Source of the DNA: Octopus vulgaris
Taxonomy: Eukaryota
Direction: 5' to 3'
NCBI GenBank assembly: GCA_951406725.2
Contig: OX597831.1
Span: 81,282,001 to 81,346,000 of the forward strand
Length of the DNA: 64,000 nt
Shown: positions 1 through 15,760 of the stretch, in pieces
Layout of the letters: every line of letters begins with the position of its first letter
How positions within the stretch are numbered: position 1 is the stretch's first letter
Notes under the pieces: generated by a model
The model's database searches: none
Seen by the model: the letters and a program-made list of their open reading frames with translations, nothing else
What the model was told of the DNA's origin: nothing
Translations under genes and position numbers: made by a program

Positions 1-401
1 AATAGTTAAGCTTCGTGCAATGTCCATACTCGATAACGAGGGGTCAGCCATAATGTATGTATGTATGTACATAATTTTATTTCATCATCACCACACATCT
101 AACAATTCCTGCAGCTACTTAATAAGCCTCGATATTTCACGACTCCACTGGTACATAGACGGCTCTAATATTCACATACCTACCTTATATTTCGGTATAT
201 TGGCTCATAATCAACGTAGCCTTCCATAGCAACGCCGTACATTATGCACGCTATATTAAATAACGCATTTGCCTTGTTTAATAAGTTTTTCACGCCTTAA
301 AAAAGGCACATGCTTATCATACATTATCTGTGGTTTGCATTTATAAATGGACAATACATATATATTTGCGTGTTTGTGTTTATCTATGTATATTTATGCA
401 T

Positions 402-402
402 G

Positions 403-495
<93 letters not shown>

Positions 496-496
496 G

Positions 497-567
<71 letters not shown>

Positions 568-595
568 GTCTGTCTGTCTGTTTGTCTGTCTCTTG

Positions 596-634
<39 letters not shown>
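402..634. repeat. Compound microsatellite (TCTA)n/(TCTG)n/(TA)n
   Basis: Directly visible; it explains the YLSI/IY ORFs at 310-718. Confidence 0.97.
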
Positions 635-637
<3 letters not shown>

Positions 638-1030
638 GCGAGAAGGAAATGGAGAACGAACGACAAAACAGAAGTTGCGCTAGTAAGCCATTATTTAATT
701 AGTAATAAAGGTGAATGAGTGAGAATGAAATTGTTTACGATCGTTTCTGTTTACCATGGTGAGGAAAATATACAGAAATGATCGTAAACACCTTCACTCT
801 CACTCTCTCACCTTTATTAATTAATTAACGGCTTACTAGCGCAAAAGACACACTTCTGTTTCTTGTTTGTCCTCCATTTTCTCCTCGCCTATATTAAACT
901 ATGGTTACCCGCTAAATTACCTGCTGCCGTATAACTTTTACCAAGGAATGTAACCACTGAGGTAATTACCAGAAGTGCCTTTGGATGTATCTATCCCTTA
1001 GAGGCTTTAAAATACCAACACCTCTAACTT
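632..1030 (+). mobile_element. Short foldback element between (TA)n tracts, Penelope-like pLTR relic
   Basis: Imperfect inverted arms ~632-750 and ~772-893. The left arm carries GAAACGATCGTA on the minus strand and the right arm a decayed hammerhead (..GGTGA..GAAATGATCGTA). (TA)n lies on both flanks. Confidence 0.6.
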
Positions 1031-1033
1031 ATA

Positions 1034-1582
<549 letters not shown>

Positions 1583-1599
1583 TGTATATATATATATGT

Positions 1600-2134
1600 A
1601 TATAAGTAGTGTACATTTAAACACAAAGAGAAATTACCTATAACAGGCAATTTCTACACGCTAGGAGACAGTCAAAACGACCGAAGACCACAAACTTTAA
1701 GCAGTTTCAAAGGGAATGAAAAAATAAAAACTTTTACCTTGTTTTTACGGTTATACATATAGGTTTTGGATGATTTTAGTAAATAAAATAATTTACTAGG
1801 CAAGTCTTCATCAGTAACTGAGCCATACAAGACTAACCTATAATTATGAGACTAATAGCACGTGTCTCATCCTGATATGTTATATTTTTTTCAAAATCCA
1901 CCACGCAAGCGCACTTTCAGTCAGCAGAAAATGAAAAATGCGGAAACGAACTTTGAAAAGCTAATACCGATACTTAGATATATATACAGAGGGTAGTAAA
2001 ACTTTTACAAATTTCACTACCAGTGGCCTAGCATGTATAAAAAGTCAATAGACGACATATTATTCAATATAAAGTAGTGAACATTTAAACACAAAGAGAA
2101 ATTTATCTATAACAGGCAATTTCTACTGGCTAAG
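1600..2134 (-). mobile_element. Short element with ~65-bp direct terminal repeats and a decayed hammerhead
   Basis: Direct repeats 1600-1663 and 2068-2134 (..acatttaaacacaaagagaaatt..tataacaggcaatttctac..); lies between (TA)n tracts. Confidence 0.55.
1750..1818 (-). ncRNA. Degenerate type I hammerhead motif
   Basis: Minus strand: GUUA-CUGAUGA-[hairpin UAGUAAAU/AUUUACUA]-CC-AAAA (GAAA mutated)-CCUAUAUG-UA-UAAC. Confidence 0.55.
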
Positions 2135-2139
2135 TATTG

Positions 2140-2207
<68 letters not shown>

Positions 2208-2296
2208 AAATATATAAATTACAAAGTGGGACAAGAACGCAAAAACACACAACGGAGACGACACAAAAAAACAGACGGGTCACTCGAAGCCTCTAA

Positions 2297-2369
2297 TCTT
2301 CAGTCGGGAACCGGATCATCTTAGTAATTTCGGCTGTTTAATCTCGATATTACTCCGACCCGGCCAGCC
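2297..2369 (-). ncRNA. Rearranged hammerhead-like RNA motif (copy 1)
   Basis: GGCUG-g-CCGGGUC-gg-AGUAAU-A-UCGAGA-uuaaa-CAGCC-GAA-AUUACU-aagau-GAUCCGG-u-UCCCGA-CUGAAGA. Confidence 0.65.
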
Positions 2370-3056
2370 CCAAGGAAAAACCAAGCCACAGGCATTGGAT
2401 TTCTTGGAAAGAGGGTCGAATGTATACGGAACAAAGACAGGATGCCACACGAATATAAATACAAGAAACAAAAATATATATAAAAAACACGAAGGTGGAC
2501 AGTACAAGGACAGGAGCGTCTTACGACTTTAGACAATTTTTAACTTATCTTGGCTGGCGTATATGAAAAAAGCCTTCAACGGCAAAAACGAAAACAACGT
2601 GAGCGTGGCCGCGGTCAGGCCGAAATGACCAGTTTGAACGCGGTCACGGGAGAGCACGGAAGAAAGAGAAAGAAAAAAGAAAGGCAGGGAGCAAGGAATC
2701 AAAGAGAGAGGGAAAGAAAGGGACGAAGGCACCAGGGGAGAGAGAGAGAGAGAAGGGAGTAATAAGAGAGGGGAGAAGAAACAGGATTGGCACAGCAATA
2801 GAAATAACGGTGCAAATAAGGTGGGGGAAGAATCAGAGGCAAGAAAAGAGAAAGACACATACTATAGAGAGAGAGTGTGTAAAGACGTCGTACAAGGTAA
2901 AAATGTGTAGTATACATAGGAGATAGGGGTACGTAACGCCGCAATAATATATGTATAGAAATTAAATATAAAATATAAATTACAAAGTGGGACAAGAACG
3001 CAAAAACACACAAGGAGACGACACAAAAAAACAGACGGGTCACTCGAAGCCTCTAA

Positions 3057-3129
3057 TCTTCAGTCGGGAACCGGATCATCTTAGTAATTTCGGCTGTTTA
3101 ATCTCGATATTACTCCGACCCGGCCAGCC
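3057..3129 (-). ncRNA. Rearranged hammerhead-like RNA motif (copy 2)
   Basis: Same sequence as 2297-2369, in the second terminal repeat. Confidence 0.65.
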
Positions 3130-3170
3130 CCAAGGAAAAACCAAGCCACAGGCATTGGATTTCTTGGAAA

Positions 3171-5425
<2,255 letters not shown>

Positions 5426-6017
5426 TGTATGTATATGCATGTATATAATCTGACTATGGTGGTAATGTGGATAATGAAATTGATTAGGAAGAGGAAGAGT
5501 ATTGCAGAAGGGGAGGCTTTTGGAATGGATATGAAAGAATTGTGAAGTTCTCGTGGGAACCAGCGTTGTGCCACAGTGTTCGTATTCATTAAAACCATAT
5601 ATGGACATTCAATAACAACAAAAACAGTGCCAAGAACAATACGGACTCGACGACGAAGGAAGAAGAAGAAGAAGAAGAAGAAGAAGAAGAAGAAGAAGAA
5701 GAAGAAGAAGAAGAAGCTATCAGGAGGTTAAAAAGAAAAACAAAGGAATGAAAGTTGGTCTGTCCAAAGTAGCAGGAAGCAGGCTGGTTATGGAATCTGT
5801 AAATTCCTGTTTATCGTTATAATTATTATTTTTTTCTTTTTTTACCAAAGATGTTGAACATTATCAGTGGATAAGATCAGATGTTACGGTCAGTTTGTAT
5901 CGCAGTCAAATGACAGCTCCCTTGTATATCTCCTTATATATCCCCATCTACATCGTCGCTTTTATATACATCAGAGCAGTCATACACACACACAAACACA
6001 CAAACACACACACACAA

Positions 6018-6096
<79 letters not shown>

Positions 6097-6527
6097 AACA
6101 CACACATATATATGTATACCTATTTTTATATATTATACACGAGTGAGGGTGCCCCATATGACCGTTCAGCCTGCAAGAAATAGCACACTTTAATTAAAAA
6201 AAAAAACATGGAGACATTGTATGATGTATTCCAAAGTAGATTCTTCCCGAAAAAGAAACGGGATAGTCATGAAACCTATACTATTCGAGCCAACATGGGG
6301 CCAAAGCGCACCACCCTGACCCCTCCACTATACCACATCTCCTACGCTACACTTCCAACACTACAACACCACTCCAGTAAACAACAATATTACCACACCA
6401 CCTACACTACCCTACTACTATACTCGATCATTTTACTATCATTGTTGTTGCTGCTGTTATCGTCATAATTGAACAAGTTGTAAACATTCTGAATGTTGTT
6501 GACATACACTGACACATACACATATAA

Positions 6528-6562
<35 letters not shown>

Positions 6563-6642
6563 CATATATATATGTATATATAATATATATATATATATAT
6601 AAATATATATACATATATATATATATATATATGCATATATAT

Positions 6643-6935
6643 AAAGACGAAACAAAAGTGGAACACGAACGTATCTGGCGACAACAAAAACATCCGGACA
6701 ATTAAACGATAAAAAAAGGACAGGTAAAATCAATGATAGCTTTCTATCGTCAGTCGAGTTTCAGATCGTCGTTACAGTTTCGGCCGGTTACACTCGTGAC
6801 TACTCCAATCTGGCGGGCCTCAAGAAAATCTAAGATAAGAACACTAGATTCTTGGGAAGAAAGCAGGCGAATGTAAACGAAAAGAAGGACGAAAAATGCA
6901 GAATTACAAGTACAAATAACAGGACATTAACAACA
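6643..6935 (-). mobile_element. Diverged copy of the 2202-2530 retrozyme-like unit
   Basis: Colinear similarity (acaaaagtgggaacacgaacg..., ..ctagattcttgggaagaaagc..gaatgtaaacga); left end at (TA)n. Confidence 0.6.
6747..6819 (-). ncRNA. Rearranged hammerhead-like RNA motif (copy 3, diverged)
   Basis: GGCC-cgc-CAGAUUG-ga-GUAGU-C-ACGAGU-guaacc-GGCC-GAA-ACUGU-aacga-CGAUCUG-aa-ACUCGA-CUGACGA, with compensatory changes relative to copy 1. Confidence 0.65.
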
Positions 6936-6937
6936 CA

Positions 6938-7001
<64 letters not shown>

Positions 7002-9486
7002 ACACACACACATGTATGTATGTATGTATGTATGTATACAGACTTATATACATACAAACGCTTCGCGTTGCTCCACTCTCAGCTAGCAAATGTGAGTAAT
7101 CCTTCAGTAGGTCAACGTTCCGTGCAGGGGGAATATATACATCACAGAAGCCCGAAAACCGACCTTATAAGCCTATGATTCGGGAAGGAACATTCATTGT
7201 TTTTTTTTTGTTTTTTTTTTTCATAATGATAAATACCCGGATAGAAAGATTGATAAATAACGAAGAAAAGATACAGTCGTAAATAGATTCATACATAGAT
7301 TGATAAATCGATCGACAAATAAATAGATAGATAAGAGTATAGTTAAACACAAATATCGATAGATAGATTATGTGTAACGGAGGCAGAAGGCTATGCGTTT
7401 CATGGGTGGGTACAATTTATTAAATCAATGTCAATATCGAAGAAAATCGATTTTGAATTTGGTGGGGTGAGGAGACATAACTAGAAACTACGTTTTCTCT
7501 GATATTTTGCTAATTCTTTCACCCTGCCCAATCTCACACCACAACACCCTAGAATAAAACGTATTGATTTCAAATATCAATACAAGGTAACTTAGTTTAG
7601 AGGTGATTACGTTTTGTTCACAGATCGATATTTTTTTTCCCGATGATGGAATGACGAAAAGTCTATCAAAATACAAACAAACGTAAAGCTATTTCTTTGT
7701 TGCTTCTACGACTTTTATCAGTTCTACTAATTTCACTACTTCTGCTACTCCTATTAGTTCTACCACTTCTACCATTTTTACCAATTCCACCACTGCTCCT
7801 CCTACCAATTATTCTACTGATTCTCTTACTTCTACTAATTATTCTCACAGTTCTATCAATTCTAATTCCTCCACCATTTTTGCTGCCAAATTCTGCCGCT
7901 TTCGTCACGTTTACAAATTCTACCATTTCTACCAGTTATCTTCCAGTTCCTTCTTATCTCTACCAATGATTCCACTAGTTCTCCCAAATTTCCCAGAATT
8001 ACGCCGAACCTAAGAGGGGGTCTTTATGAGGTCATTTAATCTACTAAAAATATCAGCCGAATATCCCTCTAATCACAGCCTACCGTCTGAGAAAAGAAGG
8101 TCTGTTCAACCAGGGCTGACCTAAAATCAAAAACAAGAATTATTCTAACAGATAACATAGAGAAGAAAATGATCCGGGTGTTGATTATGTCGTTGCTTAG
8201 CCACAGATTAGACCTGCTGCAGTAAACCTATGGCAATCCAACCTTTTGTCTGATACAGTGTAACGCTGTATCGAGAAAAACATTAGAAAACGAGACTTTG
8301 TTTTAAACGGAAAATCGATTTAAAGCAATTTACGGATATTTTACGATTTCTCTTGCAATACTTTTTCGCTCCTGAATGTTCTCTGTCCATTGGAGGATTC
8401 TGAGATCGATAAATGAAATACCAGTAACCTATTGGTTCGATACGTTCTCTCAATTTTAGCTTAGATATTGATATTTAGTTCTCTTAAAGCCATGAGTCCA
8501 AATTTCGGTGAAAGTGGTCTTTATTTCCTTTCTAGGGTCAATAAAATAAAATGCCACTGTTGTTGATTTGCCTTAGATCAGCCCCGATTGAACTGACTTA
8601 TAATCAAAAGTCGCTTCAACCGCGACCACCTCGCTTTATTACGAGCATCTTACACTATTTGTTGAGTAGGGGATGATTTGAGGGAATTTGGCTGCTATTT
8701 TTCATCAGGTCGAAATACAAAGTAAAGGCACCCATAGTGGTCCAAGTCAAACGCCATTGCGGCTGCTACTGCTGCGGCTACTGCTGCTACTACTGCTGCT
8801 ACTACTGCTGCCGTATTTTAACAGTGTCATTCAACACAATGGGCACAAGTTGGTGAACCGTCCGCCACATATGGACGGCTCCAAACAGGACAGACAGACA
8901 GACAGACAGACAGACAGATGATGTCGGGTCCCTGTTCCATCAGCGATGTCAGCAGGCTGCCATTCGACACAGCTGGTTGATGTTGTCTACTGGTGCAGGG
9001 CTGGTCCCTGCTCTCCTCACTTTTCTCTAACTCTATGTCGTCACAAATACACACACACACACATGCGCACGCGCACGCGCACACACCCATTTCTCACCCA
9101 CCCCTGGCTTGTCTGTCAATTTGCCTGTTCTCGTGTTATCCCCATTGCAGTTACACATACACAAACACACACGCAAGCGTACACGCAAACACACCCATAT
9201 ACATACATGTATATGAATGTATATGTATGCATATATGTATATGTATAAACATATATATATACATGTTTGTATGTATATATATACATACATATATGTGCCT
9301 GTGTGTGTATGTGTGAGTGTGTGTGTGTGTGCGTGTGTGTGTGTGTGGTTATACATTGATGTTATCGTGTTTTGCGATCAACAATTCTGACGATGGAGTC
9401 TGTCCATCGCTCCCAGTGTATACAACCATAGACTTCACTTCCGTTCGACCAATCGTTAATGGCCATGTCACACACACACACACACA

Positions 9487-9487
<1 letters not shown>

Positions 9488-9551
<64 letters not shown>

Positions 9552-9864
9552 TCGCCTACACTATTGCCAGCATACCACCACTACCCAAGCGCCAAACTAT
9601 CTTCACCTACATCCATCTACAGAAGAGCAATCAGTTTTGAACCAAATACCAAACTCGTCAAAAACCATTTTCACCACCGCAACCGCCGCCACCACCACCA
9701 CCACCACCACCGCCACCGTCGACACCACCATCACCATCACCACTACCACTGCCTCCGCCGTCGCCTCCACCACAACTACCAACAATAGCAATGCCATCAA
9801 CAACTTCACCACCATTATCAGCACCCTCTATCATCATCATCATCATCAGCAGCAGCACCCCTCA

Positions 9865-9936
<72 letters not shown>

Positions 9937-9952
9937 GCCACTACTACTACTG
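9488..9952. repeat. (CTA)n/(CCA)n/(CAT)n trinucleotide repeat cluster
   Basis: Directly visible; source of the poly-T/H/L ORFs. Confidence 0.95.
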
Positions 9953-11484
9953 TCATCACCTTCAAGATGTCGTTTGTCAGCAGAGCCGTCATTATGGCAT
10001 TAAAGTCCTCCATCCCGGGCCAATGCTGTGGGCCCTATAAATATTTATTGATAGCCAGACATAGATTGGAATCGTGTTCCTAAACCCGTCAAGTCCCCGG
10101 TCAACAGCCCAGTGTACCTATGCATATAGATGGCACTAGTTGTTACAAGAAACAGTAGAAAGAGGATCAGATCTTTACATCTGTTGGAGCCAAGATGTAT
10201 ACCACGTGATCAGGGGTGTATTTCATTGGTGGCTGTCGGTGGCAAACGCCAGGAAGGTTCGTGTGTTGTTGCAGGACTTATGTCTGCCTTCTGCCTTTCA
10301 CGTAATTAGTAAAGAGCTCAATCAAAGAGTGTTCACATTATAGCGCCACCTGTCCTTCACTAATTCTGTACAGACACGACAGAAAAAGAAAAATGGATTC
10401 CAGCCATGCACAGCTCCAACACAAAAGACAGAACATTCACGCCTGATAGTGGTGCTCCAGCAGGGCCGTAATTATCCTGACAAAAACAAATTTAAGAATA
10501 AAAGGGAAAAGGGACTACAACGTTGTAGCTGCGAAGCAGTTGTTTATAGTGAACGCGCCATCACTTCCAGTACCACCACAACTGGCACCAATACCATTTC
10601 TACACCACCACCGCCACCACTACCAGCATTACCATTCCTAGCAATGCTACGACCGGTTGTTGTTTATTTATATTATTTCCTTCTTTTGTACGCAAACTAT
10701 TTTGCGCCACATCACACCCATGACTTACTCAATAGGCCCAGACTTTCAAATGAATGGTCTGACGGAAAATATTTTGGAGAAAAAAGAAAACTATAGACAA
10801 ACAATAACCGGTGACCGTGTTGATATGTGTTGGTGGTTTTAGTTTCTTTTTTTTTTTCGTGTTTATTTGTGTTTTTAAACATGACTTTCCATGGTTTTAG
10901 ATAAAAATTCTTGAATAACAAATTCAAAATCGAAGATTTCCACACATTTACTGCTGTGATTTCTAAAACAGCCTCGCGGGCCAAGAACCACCGCAAGAAA
11001 CGCAACGTGGCCGCTCGTCTTGCTAAATATAGAAGCCAAATCTCCCACAAATCACAACCAGCGTCCATAAAAACAGCCCCATTTGTTAATGTGGCCCAGA
11101 GTGTTCAGGTTGTGTCTTAGACAAGGCAGGATGGTCATTGTTGGAATCATCTTGATAGAGTTGCCGGTGATGGTGCCACTTTTCGGGCTGATTGTTGCAT
11201 CAGTGCCGACGGCGGATCTAATAGCTTTTTGTTGTTGTTGTTGCTGCTGTTGATGATGTCGATGGTGGCGGTGTTGTCATTCATTATGATTATAAAGGCG
11301 ATGATGGTGGTGGTGGTGGTGTGAGAATGGTATCGTTGGTGTAGTGATGTGGTGTTTGATTGAGGTGGTTTAGGTTCTAGTGGTAGTGGTGGTTCTGGTA
11401 CTGGAAGTGTTGTTGTATGGAGACGGTGGCGGTGGTTTTGGTGGACGTGGGGCAAGTAACAAAGGCAGTTGTGAATAAGGTGAC

Positions 11485-11770
11485 AGCGGTGATGGCGGTG
11501 GTGGTGGTGATGGCGGTGGTGGTGTTGATGGTGGTGGTGGTGATGGTGGTGGTGGTGGTGATGGTGGTAGTGATGGTGGTGGTGGTGGTGGTGGTGATGG
11601 TGGTAGTGATGGTGGTGGTGGTGGTGGTGGTGGTGGTGGTGGTGGTGGTGGTGATGGTGGTGGTGGTGGTGATGGTGGTGATGGTTGTGGTGGTGGTGAT
11701 GCTTATGATGATGATGGCGGTGATGGTAATTGTGGACAATGTGGAGTAGAGGAGGAGGAGGAGGAGGGGT
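11485..11770. repeat. (GGT)n/(GAT)n trinucleotide repeat
   Basis: Directly visible. Confidence 0.95.
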
Positions 11771-11917
11771 GTGGTGGTGTTGGCGATGGCGGACAATGAT
11801 GAGACGATGGAGGCGGATGGCGTAATTGTAAAAGGGACCATCATGGCTGGATTGGATTCTGGCTTTATGTCAATATTGACTTAGAATCAATGAAAGAAGC
11901 GGAACGATCCGGGGCTG

Positions 11918-11949
<32 letters not shown>

Positions 11950-12057
11950 AGTGGACGTGTGTGCACGTGTATACATGTGTGTATATCTGTCTATATATGT
12001 ATGTATAGAGATATATGTATATGTGTATGTGCGTATATACATATGCATATATATATA

Positions 12058-12092
<35 letters not shown>

Positions 12093-12107
12093 GTATATAT
12101 GTGTGTG

Positions 12108-12317
12108 TGTATGTAATTTGTGCATACATGTTTATATAGTTGATATACATATGTGTATATTTGTGTGTGTGGGTATATATATATATATATATATATATAT
12201 ACAAGCAATCGTATGCACACATGCACACACGCAGATGCATACATATATATATCCACGCACACAAATATACACATATGTATATCAACTATATAAACATGTA
12301 TGCACAAATTACATACA
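12108..12317. repeat. Local inverted duplication of low-complexity sequence
   Basis: 12108-12180 is the reverse complement of ~12245-12317. Confidence 0.85.
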
Positions 12318-12432
12318 TACATACACACACACACACACCTATATATATGCTTGCGTGTATGTATATGTATATGCATGTACATAAATATATATCTCTTTGT
12401 ATGTGTCTGCAAATGTGTGTAGCAGCAGCGGT

Positions 12433-12464
<32 letters not shown>

Positions 12465-12846
12465 TAGTAGTAGTAATAGTAGTAGTAGTAGGGTAACTAC
12501 GGCTAAATACGTCCTTAACGGTCGGTAATCAGGGGAAGAAAGGTGGTGGAGGGTGTGGGTGGAGGGTGGAGGGTGTGGGTGGAGGGTGGGGTGCGTGGGT
12601 CGTGAGTAGAGGGGAGAGGTTTAAAAGACAACAAAACGCAAAAATCAGCGAAAAAAATTGTACGTTTTCCGGGAGTGGTGGTGCGAGGATAAATAGGGGG
12701 CAGCTCTTGCTTCGTCCCCCGCCCTTGCTCACACTCACACTTACACTCGTACTTACACTCAACAAACACCACACAACCTTCCTCTCGTTTGCCACCCACC
12801 CCAAACACATTACCACCACCGTTACCACCTCGCTCTCCACCTTTTT

Positions 12847-12910
<64 letters not shown>

Positions 12911-12925
12911 CATCACCACCACCAT

Positions 12926-12979
<54 letters not shown>

Positions 12980-12985
12980 CACCAT

Positions 12986-13049
<64 letters not shown>

Positions 13050-13230
13050 GCTACCGCTGCTGCTGCTACTGCTGCGGCTGCTACTGCTACTATTACCATC
13101 ACCCACCCATCCCACACTCGAGGGATGAATTCAAAATCGAAATCTTCCATTAGTCTCCACGCTACTCGGTTTGTGATGGTGGTGGTGGTGGTGGTGGTGG
13201 TGGTGGTGGTGGTGGTGATGGTGGTGGTTA
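12847..13230. repeat. (CTA)n/(CCA)n and (GGT)n repeats
   Basis: Directly visible. Confidence 0.95.
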
Positions 13231-15428
13231 GACTTAGAGGCAGGGTGAAATGATGAAGTGGGGGTGGTGTCTGTCAGTGGGTGAGGGATGAAGTGGGGGT
13301 GTCGAGGATAGTGGTGGAGGTGGTAGTGGTGGAGAGAAAAGTGTAATTAACTTTGTTATATCGAGTAGCAAGCATTTTTGATTAGTTTAAGACGCTGTTT
13401 GGCGGCGGCGGCGGCAGTGGTAGTCGTATTAAAAGAAATGGTTGTGTAGTAGTAGTAGTAGTAGTAGTAGTGATATATTTGGTGATGGTGGGTGGAGTCG
13501 GTAGAGGTGATGGTGCTGGCCTTGGCGATGGTGGTGGTGGCGGTGATAGCGGTGTTGGTGTTGTCATCGTTGGTAGCAGTGGTAGTATGTTGTGAGTTGT
13601 AGCAATGTTGCTGTTGCTGTTGTTGTAGTGGTGACAGGAATGAAGCTATAGTTTTGTTAGAGTCGTCGGTGGCGGCGGCGATGCTGGTGATGACGTCAGT
13701 TTATTCTGTACGGTGGGGCTTTAGTGGTGTTGGGGATAATGCACTTAATAAAATACCAGTGATATAAGGGGGGAGAGAGAACCGACTGGGTAGGGATGGG
13801 GGTGGAGGTCGGGATAAGTATACCCGAGTACGGAGTACAAACTGTATCCTTATCCTCATTGCCTTTCTCCCCTCCACTAAAATCGATAAATTATATTTCA
13901 GTTATTCGGTGCTGATCGAACTGGCGTAAGATCGAATTCTTCTCTCGACGTCTCTTTCTATGGACATAGCTCTGTGTTCCTTCAGGTCAGGGGTTCTCAA
14001 CCGCCTTCTATACAACCCCTGAAGGTCTTTATACAATTTTTGAGGGTCAACGCAAGCAGAATAGTAAACTGGGGACCCACAGCATTATTTCTCGGGTCCA
14101 TGAAAAATCTTCTCACTTTAGAGGTATTTATTGTAGGGAACAGGGTCCTTTCTCTAATGTTTTGTATACTTCAATATGTTTCCCGCCACTGAAACCTGTT
14201 CCCTGAGAGAGTTTCTATTGCAAACCTTCACAAGAGAATGTGTGAAAAGCAAAATCTGTGAAAGAAGTCTACATAAATCTAAATTATAAATACCGAATGG
14301 CCAAGGGGTTCCAGCAGAATAAGAAAGTAATCAAAAGGATAAAAAAAGAATGGCTCAGAGTCGTTTTGTTGAACCCACTTCATTATAAATATGCCGTCAC
14401 TATCTCACTGGTTTTGAGTTCTTTATTTTACAACTTGGCCACACCACCACCACCGCCACCACCACCACCACCACCACCACCACCACCGTTACCAACGCAA
14501 CATCACCGCCACGTATAGTTAAGTAGACCCTGCTCGCTCAACCGACTTTAAATCATACCGCTCCCACCGTCTTAAAAGACGGTTAGAGCACGCGAGGTAA
14601 TAGTGATACAGTCCCTAGATGCGCCTAAACAGACGGGATGGTCGCGGGTGGAATATTTTGGATTATAAGTTTGCTAGATGAGGGTTGACAACAGCAGGCT
14701 AAACAGTAACAACTACAGCAATAACAGCATCGTCTCTCAAGAATTGCACCACCAACAGAAAACTGCCATAACAACACCATTATCCCGCCGCCACCACTTT
14801 CCCCACCAACACTACTATCAATACTATCATCACAACCTTCCCTCCTCACGACAGGACTACCGCAACAACCTATCGCCCACACTAACGCTACTAACATAAA
14901 ACCATCAACTACCACTACGATACTGTCACCAATACTGACACTGCTAGTCCTTTTCTCATGCTACAACAAGCAACACACCGGCGTTCGCTATTCTCCCTCT
15001 TCTGCTTCTCCTGTTATTCATTATAACTCTTCTCTTTAATCTGGCAAACTGTGGATTATGCTGCTGAAGACTGGTCACGTTTCATGCAATTAATTAATTT
15101 TCATCAATTTTTTTAACAGAAACTTCGACATATTGGAGAATACAAAGACTTTCATTCTTAGAATCTGAAGAAGTTGCTGCGAGAGGTGTTGCCCGTCGTC
15201 GTCTCAAATGACCAATAAAGACGGGCAAGTTAGAGGTAGAAGGCCTTATCAAATGTATATGTTTTCGATCGTCTTACTCCGAGCCAGAGGCCTTTGGGAG
15301 TTGCATAAATAACCAAAGGTCGCTAGCAACGGCAACCACGACAACAAGAGCAAGAACAACAACAAATACTATTTCATCGCAACAAGAACCAAGCCATCAG
15401 CGCCATCAGCATCATCAGCAACAACAGT

Positions 15429-15760
15429 GGAGGTGCAATGGCCCAATGGTTAGGGCAGCGGACTCGCGGTCGGAGGATTGCGGTTTCGATTCTCAGACCG
15501 GGCCTTCCGTGTGTTTATTGAGCGAAAACACCTAAAGCTCCACGAGGCTCCGGCAGGGGGTGGTGGCGACCCCTGTTGAACTCTTTCGCTCCAACTTTCT
15601 CTCAGTCTTTCTTCCTGTTTCTTGTCCCCCGACTTCCTACGTAACCGCCGAGCCTGGATGCGCATTCATCCATCCGTCGATGTTCTCGGTGTCGGGGGTT
15701 GACTTGCTTTCTCTTCTGCGGGTCTTACGAATAGCAAAGGACCATGTTTCGGACTTCTCC
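15429..15760 (+). mobile_element. tRNA-derived SINE (family C)
   Basis: tRNA-like head GGAGGTGCAATGGCCCAATGGTTAGGGCAGCGGACTCGCGGTC with a B-box-like GGTTTCGATTC. Confidence 0.75.

Larger units (their letters stand above)
2202..3170 (-). mobile_element. Retrozyme-like/Penelope-like non-coding unit with ~208-bp direct terminal repeats
   Basis: 2202-2410 and ~2965-3170 are nearly identical (period 760). The purine-rich spacer has no ORF homology I can recognise, and the left end abuts (TA)n. Confidence 0.7.

Noticed and set aside
310-718. Long ORFs such as YLSI/IY/VC/HT repeats, here and throughout the window
   Set aside because: They are translations of stop-free microsatellites with no protein signal.
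7697-7969. Hydrophobic 90-aa ORF resembling a membrane protein
   Set aside because: It derives from a degenerate ttctacca/ctact low-complexity repeat.
9637-13253. Mucin-like Thr-rich ORFs
   Set aside because: They are pure (CTA)n/(CCA)n tracts in both orientations with no splice or domain context.
15429-15505. tRNA gene
   Set aside because: The tRNA-like head continues into a SINE body, lacks a proper acceptor stem and has no terminator.
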